A DNA stretch of 64,000 bases from contig JALDZS010000039.1 of NCBI GenBank assembly GCA_022813965.1, positions 62,001 through 126,000 of the forward strand. Direction: 5' to 3'. This document shows, in pieces, positions 36,614 to 49,056 of the stretch. The notes under the pieces were generated by a model. That model did no database searches. It was not told the DNA's origin and saw only the letters and a program-made list of their open reading frames with translations. Source of the stretch: Toensbergia leucococca (lineage: Eukaryota). How positions within the stretch are numbered: the stretch's first letter is position 1; every line of letters begins with the position of its first letter. A program made the position numbers and the translations under genes.

Positions 36614-38245
36614 GGCGGCCTTGGTCGGACACACAATTTAGTGATGAATAGGATGAAAAGGTAGAAGAAGGCTTTTACTGTTTCTGAGGCCTGTCAGGGA
36701 CACGAAATACAAGCAAAATTTTTAACTTTGACCAGGGTAATAGCAGGAAGCGCAGTCTCGTACCATTCACTTTAACTTTACTTGATCACTTGGTTGCGAT
36801 ATTGCGTAGTCGATGGTCTGGTCTTGTATAATTTCTTGGTATAGGTGGATGGAACGAAGATGGTGATGGAAGTTAGAGTTCTGCTTCCTCGCTGGTTACC
36901 TTTCGATACGGACACTGAGTCAGGCTCGGGCTGCATCGACCAGCGTTGGCGCAGGGAACGAGGAGCACAGTACTCCGTAGAACAAGCGTTTAAGGATGAT
37001 GTGTCAAGAAAGTAAGGTTGGCAAGCAAGTAGGAAGTTGTGGCTCACGATGGGTTGGTTGTATGATGCGCTAATTACGGTTCAAATTCTAAATGCTTTTT
37101 CCGAGCTCTAAATCTTTCTTCGGAATCATCAAATGGGGGAAATGGAGATGGGGCAATTATTTTCAAGCTTATCCATAATCCACGCCGCTACGACTTCACT
37201 ACAATCTCCAAGGAATCCCTGTCATATTGCCATCAAAGGATTGGCTTGCACTTTGCAATCTACGCCTCTGAAAGGTGGAGGAAAGCATAGCCGACTTGCT
37301 ACTTTGCCAACTCTAAAACACGATCCTCTTTTCGAAATAGGGCCACTCGTCGCCATAAATTAGGCCCAATGGCCTGTGAATTCGTAACGGCAGCGCTCGG
37401 TAGAATGAAAAGGCCGAGGATAGGTATGATGTCCAAGGTTTCGCTTCCTCCGAAGTCTTATTCTACTGTAGGAATCAATTCAAATGGAGTCTGGACGAAA
37501 ACATGTGCTATGGCTTCGTAGTTTCATACCTCCCACCTATCAGCGGAGCTAATGATGAAGTTGTCAAACCCGGGCACCTCTAATACCTTATATCAGACCT
37601 TAACTTTACCTTAAATTAACGCATCCGGATTGAAAATCTCTAAGGCGAATCGAGGTCCGAATGGCGTAGCCAGTTAGTAAGCCCTAGGCCCGTTGGAGTA
37701 CCTACCTATCCCGCCCACTTGTTGAAATCAACCGAGAGGTATCCGTCTTCTACGAGTACGAGTACTCGTACCTACTACTCCCGAAATCACGTTTTGTACG
37801 TCACACGCTTCAAGGTTTAGACTTTAGGTAGGCTAAGGTTCTAGGGATGTTACCACTTATCAGAACCTAAATAAACTTGCTATTGAAGAGGTGAAAGTCG
37901 AGACGTTTATTCGATTAAGTGGGCCGAGATTGTTCCACAACTTTTGTTACCCAAATGTGACTCAACTTTTTAGACCCACAAACCTCCAGGCTAAGAAACT
38001 TACCAATCCCACTAACAGCTGCACAATCAGGGTTTCGCTTTGATAGAGTACTTATGGAAAGTCGTTTCTTTGACTGATGCTTTGATTATGAATTATGAGC
38101 TAGGTAGCCATGTGATAGAATAGTATGCGGGATCAGGACGTTTGATTTCCCAAAAGCATGTAACATCATTTCGCCTGTGTCGTCTCGTTATGGTTGCACA
38201 TTGCTTCACTTGACACATGGCAATGCTGAGACTCAAAGAGTACGG

Positions 38246-40019
38246 TCAGCAATCGCATCTGCCGTGATATCGCGGCCAAGGAACAACATCTTTGATGTTG
38301 CGAACACCGGCAAGGTATCCTAGCAGCCGATCGAGTCCAAGACCAAATCCACCGTGGGGAACACTCCCGTACCGACGCAGATCTACATACCATTCGAGGT
38401 TGCCAAAAGCGGCTAAAGGCGACGAAGCTGCCTTCTTAGCTATTTCGAATCCTTTGACTTTAGATGAGACGTGCATATTTCGTTGATACATTGATCGTGT
38501 TAATTGTGACAAACGGTGTTCTCGGAGTGATCCCCCGACCACCTCGCAGGCCTCGGGAAGCAAGAGATCAAAACACTCCACCGTCTTTTGCGTGCCTATA
38601 GCATCAGTACTGTTGGTCTCTGATGGAAGCATGTAGAAGGGTTTGATCTCATGAGGATAGTTTGTTACAAAAATCGGAGTTCCTTGACCAACGTCTGCCG
38701 CAATGAACTTCTCGTGCTCCAGCTGCAAACCTGTGCTCCATGAAGGCGCATATTTGAATTGTATCTCTTTCGACTCATGAGCAGACTGGAGGCGGTGCAT
38801 TGCTTCACTGTACGTGATACGAGGCCACGACATTTGACTCAAACCTTTCCAACGTCGTCGGATTATTTCTGCGTTGACATTTGCTTCCTCATCACCTTCA
38901 TCTTCTTGTGTGTGCCTTACTAATATGAGCTCTTCGCTCATTTTGGAACTATCCAGGTGCGTCACTAGGTAACGGATCATTTCCTCCACCAAACGCATTA
39001 CGTCCTCCAAATCTTCAGTACGAATTTCTGCCTCGAGCATCCAAAATTCGCTCACATGGCGAGGGGTATCGCTCTTTTCTGCTCGAAATGTCGGAGATAA
39101 AGTCCATACTTTTTGATGTTCGTGCACGAAAGCTTCGAGATGGAGTTGAGAAGATACCGTCAGAAACTTTGCGTCCCGAAAATAGGAGCCCTCTCTACTG
39201 TCCGACACACGATGGTCATTATTTGTGGTCGGAGGAGAAGTATTTGATGAGACAGTGAAAACTTCCCCCGCACCCTCGCAATCGGAGGAAGTAATTATGG
39301 GTGGCTGTAAGCGGATGAATTGGCGATCATGAAAAAAAGTTGCTAATTGAAAATCGCTCTCGGACCGGAGTCGTGCAAGCAGTGCATTGAACGGCGTTCG
39401 CAACCTTAGATGCGGTAATGTGCGGAGGTATTCGGCACTGTGGTACTTTTTTTGGATCGGATAAGTCTATAAAGTAAAGACTCGTCAGCTCCAATGGTAT
39501 CATCCAACGGACGCCCGCATAATCCTGTTGTAAAAATGGACTAACCTCTGGATCGGATGGTCCGATAAGTCTGACTTCTTCAACTTTGAGTTCGTGCACT
39601 TGCTCTTTCCCTGGTGGGGACAGCTGCCATAAGCCGGAGAATGCTATCGAAGTGCCCGTGCCTAGACTGTAATATTCAAGACGATTAGGACATTCGTGTA
39701 AGACCCCTCGAAAGCCTACTCAAACACACCCTTCAGATTGCTCAGGGGCAAGCACAGCTTGCAGTGACCGCGTTGTGGACCCGTCTCCAATCTCGACAAA
39801 CGAGTGGCGTTTTTGCTTCCGTATAGTTCGTACGGATCCAGCCACGGTCACGCGACGTGGTTCTTGACCCTCCTGAGCTGGTTGTAGCGCAAGTATAGTA
39901 GCAACGCTTGACGTGGAAGCGCTGAGGCTGGATGAGTAGCGCTGGAGCCCGGGGACACGGGAGATTGGTGCCCTGGATGATGACTTGAGGCATGATAGGC
40001 GCAAGGAGCAGCATAGCAT
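38246..40019 (-). CDS. SLM5: Mitochondrial asparaginyl-tRNA synthetase; 3 exons, ~543 aa
   Basis: Arg/Ser-rich presequence; introns at 39667-39729 and 39467-39545. OB-fold followed by TSSDCEGAGEVF, LTVSSQLHLE, FRAEKSDTPRHVSEFWMLEAE, WYVDLRRYGSVPHGGFGLGLDR. Confidence 0.95.
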
Positions 40020-41139
40020 GATAGACTGGAGGACGCGGGCGACGAGCTTGAAGTGGAAATTAGCGGAACATAGACGGTAGTGAGGAATTTTGTGGTAGAA
40101 GCGTCAATGGTGGTACTAAATAGCCGTTGGGTGTACGACCAAGATCAATTGGATACCAAGAAAGCACGAAGCTGTGACCGTTGAAGCTGTGCAACTGCAA
40201 TGCTTTGGATACATCGATGAGTAACGCTACACAGCATGTACATTGTTTACAAAGTATGAGTACCTAGAATAACACGAAACGCCACCACCAGCTGTGTGGC
40301 CCATTGACCCCGGCGTCGGAAAACGCCAAGGATTGGCGACAGATTAGCGGTAGCGTGCAGGATCTGTAGATGAGCATGGTGCATCATCGATCGAAGTCGA
40401 TTTTGCCCTGGTCCACATGGCATTGGTCCGCCTTGTGATGCCATGATTGGAGACGAGCTGATGTCACGGCTTGATCTCCAATGCATTTAGATCCACGACG
40501 CAGATCGGCCACATCGCATCTTACTAGCTTGTTCGGCTTGCAAGGCTGCAAAGTCTTAGAGCGAGCCCATTTATGCCACAATTAGCATCGACACACGGGA
40601 CAGTGCAAGTTCTTAATGCTTCCAGTCGAGGCCCCCCTCGGCCATTGGGGCAGCCTAATGAAAATTGTCAGACCGCCCCGGAGAGAAAGACGGCCATACT
40701 TTGCCCTTTTCTTGAATGAGCCTTCGGTCCATCTCAAACCATGCCTAGGCCCTTAGGCCGGATGCAAGGCCGAAAGCAAGATCATGTCTCCCGCTGCTTG
40801 GGCTCGGTCTGACGGCGGCTTGATTGGCATAGAACGTAATACACTTCGACCAGTTACGCATTATCTTATGTACCTTCTCGCAGCGCAATGTGATCTGTGA
40901 GTGGTAGCGGTAAAAAAGAAATGACGAGCTAGACTACCATGGTACTTTGTATACACACTCTATTACAAGTTACATTTCAATCCTACATTTTTGCAGCTCA
41001 GCGTGTTCCTCGCACTTGATTCTTCATCGACAATTATTACTAATTCAGCGCCTTAAAACGCCTTCCTCCTCCGTCCTATCCTTCTCCGGCAAGCCTGTCG
41101 TCCAATTTTTCTTTCCACAAGAAGTTTCAAAAAGCTATA

Positions 41140-42097
41140 ATGCCTCAGGCAAAGTCAAAACCTGCAGAGATTGCAGCAGAAGCCAAACGCATATATATTC
41201 CCTACGTAGAGCAATATTTCCCGCAATACCCTTCTAGATCCTACCTCTATACAGATTCTTCGCAGCTACGAGCGACGCCAGGAAAGGGCTCGGATAGACG
41301 CCTCCGCGTCGCTGTCATTGATGGTGATCCCGTCGATGTTGCGATAGATTGGTCCGAATACAATAACAAAGGTGGCTCTAAAGGCAGCGGATCTAGCCCT
41401 GGGCAAGGCCAAGGTAGAATCCCAGTGGTCAATATGGCAAACGAGAAACGCGCAGGAGGAGATTGGGAATCTTCACTCATTGCGCCTGAAGAATGTCTTT
41501 GCCGCAGGTCAAATCTTGTGCATGCTCTGACTACCGCCTGGACATCAAGCACAAACATTTCGCATTATCCGATCCCCACTACAGGTGGAATCTACTCGCC
41601 CCATGTTGGTGTGTGTGTCTTAAAACATATGACTTTGCTTGAAAAAATAATCTAATCGCGCGATAGTGGTTTTTCGTTCTGGAGTTGAGAACTACTCTGT
41701 TTGGAAGGAATTCAAATCATTACCAATCATTTCCGTTGCTCCGATTCGGCGGCCGAAACTGGATGAATCTGGGGCAGACTATTCATTCGATCAGGAGAAA
41801 GAATTGATGAAGGAGAACATGAGGACTATCCTAAGAATTGCTGCTGCATGGCACCACTCAGATCTTTGTATGGGTGCTTTTGGAGTCGGTTATGGATTTC
41901 GGAACCCCGTGCACCAGGTAGCAGCAATGTGGAGGGATATCCTCTTTACGGAAAAGGAGTTCCAAGGTGTCTTTGCCAATATCGTTTTTGCTGTCGAGAG
42001 CAGCATGGGTGGCAGTTCTAAAGGTGGGTTGACAGATTACGATGTGTTCAAGCGCGAGTTCGATCCAGGCAATATTTTCAAGACTGCTTACAGGTGA
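41140..42097 (+). CDS. Bacterial-type PARG-like macro-domain protein (DUF2263/TIGR02452-like); 2 exons, 299 aa
   Basis: Intron at 41609-41666. Motifs VVNMANEKRAGGDWESSLIAPEECLCRRSNL, GGIYSPHVVVFR, ISVAPIRRPKL, GAFGVGYGFRNP and IVFAV. Confidence 0.85.
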
Positions 42098-45000
42098 TGT
42101 CACGAAATACCCTACTCAGGCGCCCACTACGCATGCGTTGTTCTTGGCGGACGGTACCAGACGGTAGACGGTAGGCTAGGGTCGAGGTGCAGCAGCTATA
42201 AAAGATTATCTCAAGCTACTGGCCGAAAATCAAACGCTCAGATCTACCAAGCTTTATGATTGCACGCAGTCCATTCTACGGGGGCCCCGATCGTACCCAC
42301 TTTCTGGCATGCCCTAAATCATGGAAGCTTCAAAGGCTTGCATTATCTGGGTATGTTTCAGACGATGCAAGATCGAAGGCCGAGATAAGCCCACATATCT
42401 TGTGGCTCTGCAGCTGATAAGATAGACGGTCGAATAAGCAGCAAGCATTGGATATGGAGTCAGCATCACCAGGACATTCTCCTTGGATTCATTTGTGTAG
42501 GACTTCGGTGCGAACTGCGGATTCGCATGTTGCATTGATTTGTCAGGCAACAGCTAAGATGTCTGAGGATTATCAGTCCGTTAAGGTCCCCTTGGTTGGT
42601 CTGTAGTCTCGATAACAGTGGACCAGAGATCAGGGAACTTGCTGCATGTATGCGACAAGTGGACTGACTGACTTGCAAAGCACTTGCACGTTTACTCCTG
42701 CAAATGTTGAGGATGTTGTGACACTAAACCAATCGACCAGGATTTACGCTTAAGAGGCTGGGATCTTATCAGTTTGCGTTTACCCCCGCTACGACTTGAC
42801 CACTTTGTGCTGGATAGAATCTGATTCGTTCGCATGAACTCTATTGATCATGAACCTTGCTGTTCAGTTGGTATCAAAGTGGAGACTGCTGCTCTGTTCG
42901 ATCTGGAATACCTATCTGCATCATGTGGCCTGACAAATCATAATGCATAGCTGACCTGTTGTGCTTCCGTTGGGTCGATTGCTGTTGATAATACTTAATC
43001 TATCCATTTCCGCTGCAAGTCACGCTCCTTGCTTCAGTTACATTTCAAACATTGGCATAGACTACGGTCAGCCTCGACATGGGGCTTGCAGCAGTAAGCG
43101 AAGATTTGACGTTACACACTAGGACTGCCCAGGATCTCGGTTTTTCGAGCAGCAATAGAAACAGACAGTCAAGTAACACTATGAAGATTAGTGATTGAGA
43201 AGTGAAACTGATATCCGACCATAAAAAAGGAGCAGGGTGTTATATCGCTTCCTCCTGTCGAGCTCATGTACACCGCTAGTCTCATCGCCTTCTCCCTTCG
43301 GCTTTCCTGGTCCCTGTTGATTCAACTAAATATACGGCTAAGCGATTGTGAGACGCTTGTGTAGCGGTCAGGGGAAATTCGGAGTTTCTATCTGCATGCT
43401 AGGGTCTAGAGAGTCATTCGGTAGCACCAGCAGACAAGAGTACATAGCGAGAGAGAGAGAGAGACTGAAGATGTACCTATATCTTGCTAGTTCAGACTGT
43501 CGATTCCTATGAGAATACAACGTCAAGCCAGCAACCACAAATTGCACTGCTTAGCGGCTATAATCCACAGAACAGGGAGCAGGGACAAGCAGATACGAGG
43601 ATCAACAATCGATATGTAACAACATGATTTACCGTATCGGACGACATTCGCCACCTTCGTTCGTCTCACATACTGTACTGTAAGAGGAGCATGACCCAGA
43701 TCCCATGTGTCCTGAGCTTTCCGGTAGGAAGCACTTGTGGCTATCGCCTTACTTTCGTCGGACTTGGATTCACGAATGTCACTTGAGGACCCTTTTGGAG
43801 GAAGAACATCAATCCCCATGCTTCACAGACATGCAAGACCATTTGGTATGAAGGTGGAATTAACAGCATTAGCATACTACATCTCATCTCAGTGGACTTC
43901 GACCTCCGAGATCTCTTCAGGGTCATAGAATTTAGGGGAATAGGAGTAGACTTCCTAAGAATCCTTAGATGAGATACACTATAGAGGTATATCAAGGAAG
44001 CATGGAGGATTTCAAAATCGGTAATGGTGTTCTTTCTCTCTGCCGATGGAATATACGTTTCATTAATTAGCATATCTTCCTCATTACGCACTGAAATGTT
44101 GCTAGCAAACAGTTGCAAGACTTCCAATAATCCCCTCGTCTCCTTTGATATAGTAAAATCCTCCTGCGAAATCACCTCAGACTGGATACTCTGTAATGCT
44201 TTTTCATTGGCAACGGCTCGATTCCAAGATTCAAAAAGTCTAATGGTCTTTCACTTTCACATCATCTTTGGCCCTTTTATAACTGCCATGATTTATGTTT
44301 CGCATAATTGCCGCTCCTAATGTTGTCTCTCAATGGATGGCCCTCAACCCGACTCGGTCTGAAAACAGAGCACTCGAAAACAAATGGGCCTCTACTTTGC
44401 CTGGTCAAAACGCATTTTATATCGATGCTAGTCTTCTTTCTCGCTGCTTATCAAACTTTCATCTCGTCTGCAAGTAAGCGATCTTCTTTTCATTGTAGAA
44501 AGGCTTTTTAAATTGGCAGTCTCCATTCATGTCGTTGATTGAAAGGCATAGCACTCATGACTAGGGCGACAGGTGGGTCTCATCGAGACAAGACTCGAAT
44601 CCTTGAAGTGTCCAAGCTCTGACTCGGAAGATTGGCATCGTTCCATATCAGTGATTGTCCCTTGTATCCATATATGTGATAATCGCCATGGCTAGAGAGG
44701 TACGATGCTTATTCGTACAAGCTTAGTACATTCTTCGACTCTAGTTCCAGATCTCTGTACCCTTCAAGATAGAGACTAGAATCGATTGACAGAGGTGACA
44801 TGGGAGCAATTACGGGATACGCTGTCCCATAGTTGTGTAGCCTCTCGAACTGGCCCGAAACCATCTTCAAGGCTCAGCTATAGGCCATTCGGAAGAGATA
44901 GAAGATGCAAGTAACCGTGATGAGATCTCCCTGGACCCGTAGATGAAACGCGCTCTTCGTGTTTATGTGTTTGCCCACATTCACCATCATCTTTTGTAAT

Positions 45001-45195
45001 TACAACACTTCACTAACCGTCTTTTCCAACCATCACTGCACCACTCTCTTTACCATTATCTCAACCTCCATCACTCGTTTTGGGGTAGAGACAATTGTCA
45101 TTTCCAGCATTCCGATCCCTTCAGATACTCACTTGACACTCCTGTCGACATTCGTTTCAGTCATTCTTTGAAAGTCAACATAATCCTTTAGTACT

Positions 45196-47280
45196 ATGCG
45201 TCTCTTCAAAGCAATCGCTCTCGGTGGCTTGGCCGCCACTGTTGCCAATGCAGAGTGGGTTCCACTTTCCTCCACAAAATGCAACACAATCCTCCTTATC
45301 ACAAGCCAACCTAGTTAAGTTGATCACTTGAGGGCCAGCGCTGCTTGTGTAGGGATTCACATGGGAGGGTAAATTCGCTGACGCCTTTCATAGCTTTGGG
45401 TCTTCATGTGGTGCCGTGTCAACGATATATGTTACTGTGCCTCAGATTCCAACCACGGAAATATCTAGCCAAGTCACCGCAGTATCTAACCAGGTCGCCC
45501 AAGTATCTAGTCAAGTCACCGAGCTCTTGACCATCGTCTCCACCGAAGCAATCATCAAGTCCGCGGACATCATCCCAGGGCAGTCCAGACCAGCCTATGC
45601 CGAAACCACTGCCACGGACAAGTACTTCCTCAGCTTCACTAAGGTCATCAGCGTTTTGCAAGCTACCTCAACATCAGTTGATGCGAATCAAGGTCCGTAC
45701 TATTTCTTTGAGCACAACGGTACCACAGTCTGGCTTGACGGCAAGACACCTCCAGCTGGAGATGCATTGGTCACAAGCACTACTACTTTTGTCGTTGACC
45801 CAACCCCAACAGGTCCTGAGAAGTCAAGTGCACAAGTCTCGCAAAGCTCACTAGCTTCGCTGACCACAACCTTCTCAACCACTTTCTTGACCATATTCAC
45901 CACGGAGCATCATACCGAAACCCTCACGGAATCCACGTCTACACTCCCAGTCTCTGCGAACGGGTTCTCTAGCTCAGGATGGAATGGTTGGAATGCCACC
46001 GCAACAACGTTGCGTACAGTCACCGGTATTGTATTGAATAGTAGCACTGCCGAGCCACTGTATTACCAGACTGCTTTCACGCAACAGCGCAAGGATGCAA
46101 CTTCTCCAGGAGGTTCTTCCAACTATACCAAGCCCGCAAATGAGAGTGAATGGTCGACACTTTCAGCTCGTCAAGTAGGCGCTGTTGTCGTCATCACATT
46201 GGATGGCGCTGTTGTTTCTTGGACGAATTCTTTCAATGGCATTTACCCACCTCCATCTCCAGTGACTATTTCAAGCATACCAACAACGCCAACCTCGCAG
46301 ACCGTGACGTCCAGTAAGTAACCTCAAGTCAGCTGCATCATTAACGTAACTCATATTAGCTTTTAGCTTCCGATAGCGAGACGATCCAAGGTTATAGCTA
46401 TGCCCTGTCCCCAAGTCTTAATCCAGTACCCTCGTCGAGCTTTACCACGTCGAGCGAAGCCATACCGATCGAAACATCCACCGTTGCATCGCCAATCACG
46501 ATCACGGAGTCGTTATTACCTGCTAGTCTAACCCAAATTTCTTTATCACTGGTAACCACCTCTCTGTCACGGTACTTGAACACTTCCACCGCTACTCGTA
46601 GCAGTACTGCTGCATCGGCGACGCCGAAATTTTGTGGAGATTCAGGAAAGTTCACAATCAACGTGAGCGTCCCTTATGGATGACATGATGCTTCTGCTGA
46701 CCCGTTCTAGTTCGATGACCTTCCTCATTTCGGCGAGGCACCTACCGCTAATGATTATCCTCCAATTTTCAATCCCTATCACCACCTTTACTTTTCGCAA
46801 GGCTTTTCTTACGTCCCACCACCATCTGATCCGTTTCCACCAATTTCGCCTCCACAGCTTGGAATATATGTCGTCGGGCGAGGCAGCGATGCGTCTGATG
46901 ATGACGGTGGCGCAGAGTTGATTGGGGAATTGGGAGCAGGACCGAGAGCTTCAGAGAGCGAATATTGGATTGATGCTTATTCGGCATATCTAGGCTGCGA
47001 TAATATCGGACCAGCTAATTGTATCATGACGATCAACGGATACAACAACTATTCTGATACACGAAATGTCACCCAAACCGTCACGCTCCCGCCATGCCCA
47101 GGGCTGGTCAATTGTACCCTGTCTTTAGTGACATTTGCAGACAGTTTCCGCAACTTGACAGGGCTTCAACTTATCGCAACCGTTGGTGGGAGGCCAATTA
47201 GTTGGTACGTGGATGATCTGCAGCTTGGGTGGAGCAATAATACTTGTGCGGCAGGACTGCACCGTATCTCTCAGGAGTGA
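45196..47280 (+). CDS. Secreted Ser/Thr-rich protein with conserved C-terminal Cys-containing domain (DUF7371-like); 4 exons, ~614 aa
   Basis: ATG 45196 gives signal peptide MRLFKAIALGGLAATVANA. Introns at 45255-45393, 46314-46366 and 46663-46710 keep the frame. C-domain CGDSGKFTINFDDLP...PIFNPYHHLYFSQGFSYVPPPSDPFPPISPP...WYVDDLQLGWSNNTCAAG. Confidence 0.82.
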
Positions 47281-47718
47281 TGGTCTAAGATATCCTGTCG
47301 AGATGAGGTTTGCCTCTGTATGCACTGGAATTAGGTTGTACAGCTTTCTTATGCCCTGTAAGTAAGGTTCTAGATCCGGATCCGCTTCCTTCAGCGATTT
47401 TCGATAGTCTGCCGGTGACATATTGGCTAGACACAAGGATATGGTCATGGCGATAGTTGTCCGAAGCACATAGATAAAAGTCAGAAATGGAATAATCTTT
47501 CAGACACAATTCTTGCGAGATGAAAAAAGTGACTAACAGCGACTCGGATACGATGACTGTCTATATGAACATGTTCGTGGTAACGCTATGCGAGCATCGA
47601 GTAGAGGCACAGGATCGCACTCAGGGTAATAACTCGCCGAATCCATTTAAAAAAGGTCGAAGCAAAATAATATCATGATCGGAGTTAGGAAGCCATACGC
47701 CCGCGATGCAACTCATGA

Positions 47719-48672
47719 TTAGGGAGCCTCCTGGTATAATTTCGTGAATCCCTTCTCGGGCGGCTGTAACCAATTCTTCTCATCATACTCATTCTCCCCC
47801 TCGATAACATGAAACGTATATATCTGCCGACTCTTCAAACTAATATTCTTTTCACTCTTATGCAATAGATTCCCATGAATAAGAACCAACGTCCCCGCTT
47901 TCACTTCCCCCAACACATATTCCTCTTTTTCCTTTTCACCCTTCTTTTCTACCTCCAAACCCCTCGGAAACATTTTACCCTCAACATCCATAAAACCAGT
48001 CCCCTTGCCCTCCCGTCTCACAAACCTACTCTTCACCGGCGCCCTCCGATGCGACCCCGGCAGGAAACTCAAACACCCATTGCCTACCGTCGCATCCTCA
48101 AGTGCAATCCAGAAACCCACCGCACTGGGCGGATTCGTGTACAGAAAAGTGCTATCCTGATGCGATGGCACAGCGCCCCCAATCTCCGGCTGCTTGCAAA
48201 TGACCATGCTCTGTAGCACGCGCGGATCGCGAAATCCGAGCGAGCGAGCGATGGAGGCATGAGTGGGGGTGAGGGTCGCGGCACGGAAGGGAGGAGAGAG
48301 ACCGTGCAAATAATGCCCGATTTTGTTGATGGCGAGGTGTGGAGGTTTTTGGAGAGTGGAGGTTGTGGGGGAGAAGGCGGCTTCTTCAAAGAAAAAGCGG
48401 ATTTTGTCGTGGCTGGTCAGGAAGTAAGTATCACCAACGTGGGAGGAGTCAGGACCGGAACCGGTAGTAAATTTGGTTAGGGGGTGGGTGGAGAGTGCGA
48501 TGTTGGTAAGGAGGTGGTTTGTTTCGGCGAGGAGAGAGGTGATGGTTGACGGGGAGAGGGCATTGGGGATGAGGAGATAGCCATCTTTGGTATAGGAATC
48601 CAACTGATCCTGTGTGAGCCCGGGTAGGGCGTGGTTTGCGAGGGGCGGAGGGGATGTTCTCGAGGGCGCCAT
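47719..48672 (-). CDS. Phytanoyl-CoA dioxygenase family (PhyH, PHYHD1-like) Fe/2OG dioxygenase
   Basis: DKIRFFFEE, AINKIGHYLH, QSMVICKQPEIGGAVPSHQDSTFLYT (HxD), WIALEDATVGNGCL, HGNLLHKSEKN, SR..YTFHVIEG. ATG at 48672. Confidence 0.93.
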   Translation of the reverse strand: MAPSRTSPPPLANHALPGLTQDQLDSYTKDGYLLIPNALSPSTITSLLAETNHLLTNIALSTHPLTKFTTGSGPDSSHVGDTYFLTSHDKIRFFFEEAAFSPTTSTLQKPPHLAINKIGHYLHGLSPPFRAATLTPTHASIARSLGFRDPRVLQSMVICKQPEIGGAVPSHQDSTFLYTNPPSAVGFWIALEDATVGNGCLSFLPGSHRRAPVKSRFVRREGKGTGFMDVEGKMFPRGLEVEKKGEKEKEEYVLGEVKAGTLVLIHGNLLHKSEKNISLKSRQIYTFHVIEGENEYDEKNWLQPPEKGFTKLYQEAP

Positions 48673-49056
48673 TTCTTGATTTCTCAAGTGGCAAAGGTGG
48701 CGTGAGGACGAGGGCGTCTAAAGGTTCTCCACCAAAACAGAATAGCAAGCTCCGAGGGCTAAGGCGAAAATTGTATTGACACGATGCGGATATTGAAATG
48801 ATAGACCCTGAGATGAAATTACTTGTACATCTATCGTGCCCTCAGTACGGATAAAAGTAGAGCTGTTCTTGTCGATCCTTATCGTGTGGTATTGCCCCAC
48901 ATACTCTCATTACTGATGTCGACGTCAACAATTAATATATATTCCTACAGCTAATATTTCCGGGGCTTCATATATATAGGTAGTGTAATAACATAATGAT
49001 CATGAAATTGATTGCATCTATAACTTCCCATCCTTTCGTCCTTCGGTTCTCGTACC

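Noticed and set aside
40667..40813. 9-bp inverted repeat GTCAGACCG/CGGTCTGAC in the SLM5-PARG divergent promoter
   Set aside because: Too short and widely spaced to exceed chance, and no TSD is evident.
43741..44530. Minus-strand 144-aa ORF and upstream fragments
   Set aside because: Non-ATG start and multiple stops upstream in all frames; no family recognised.
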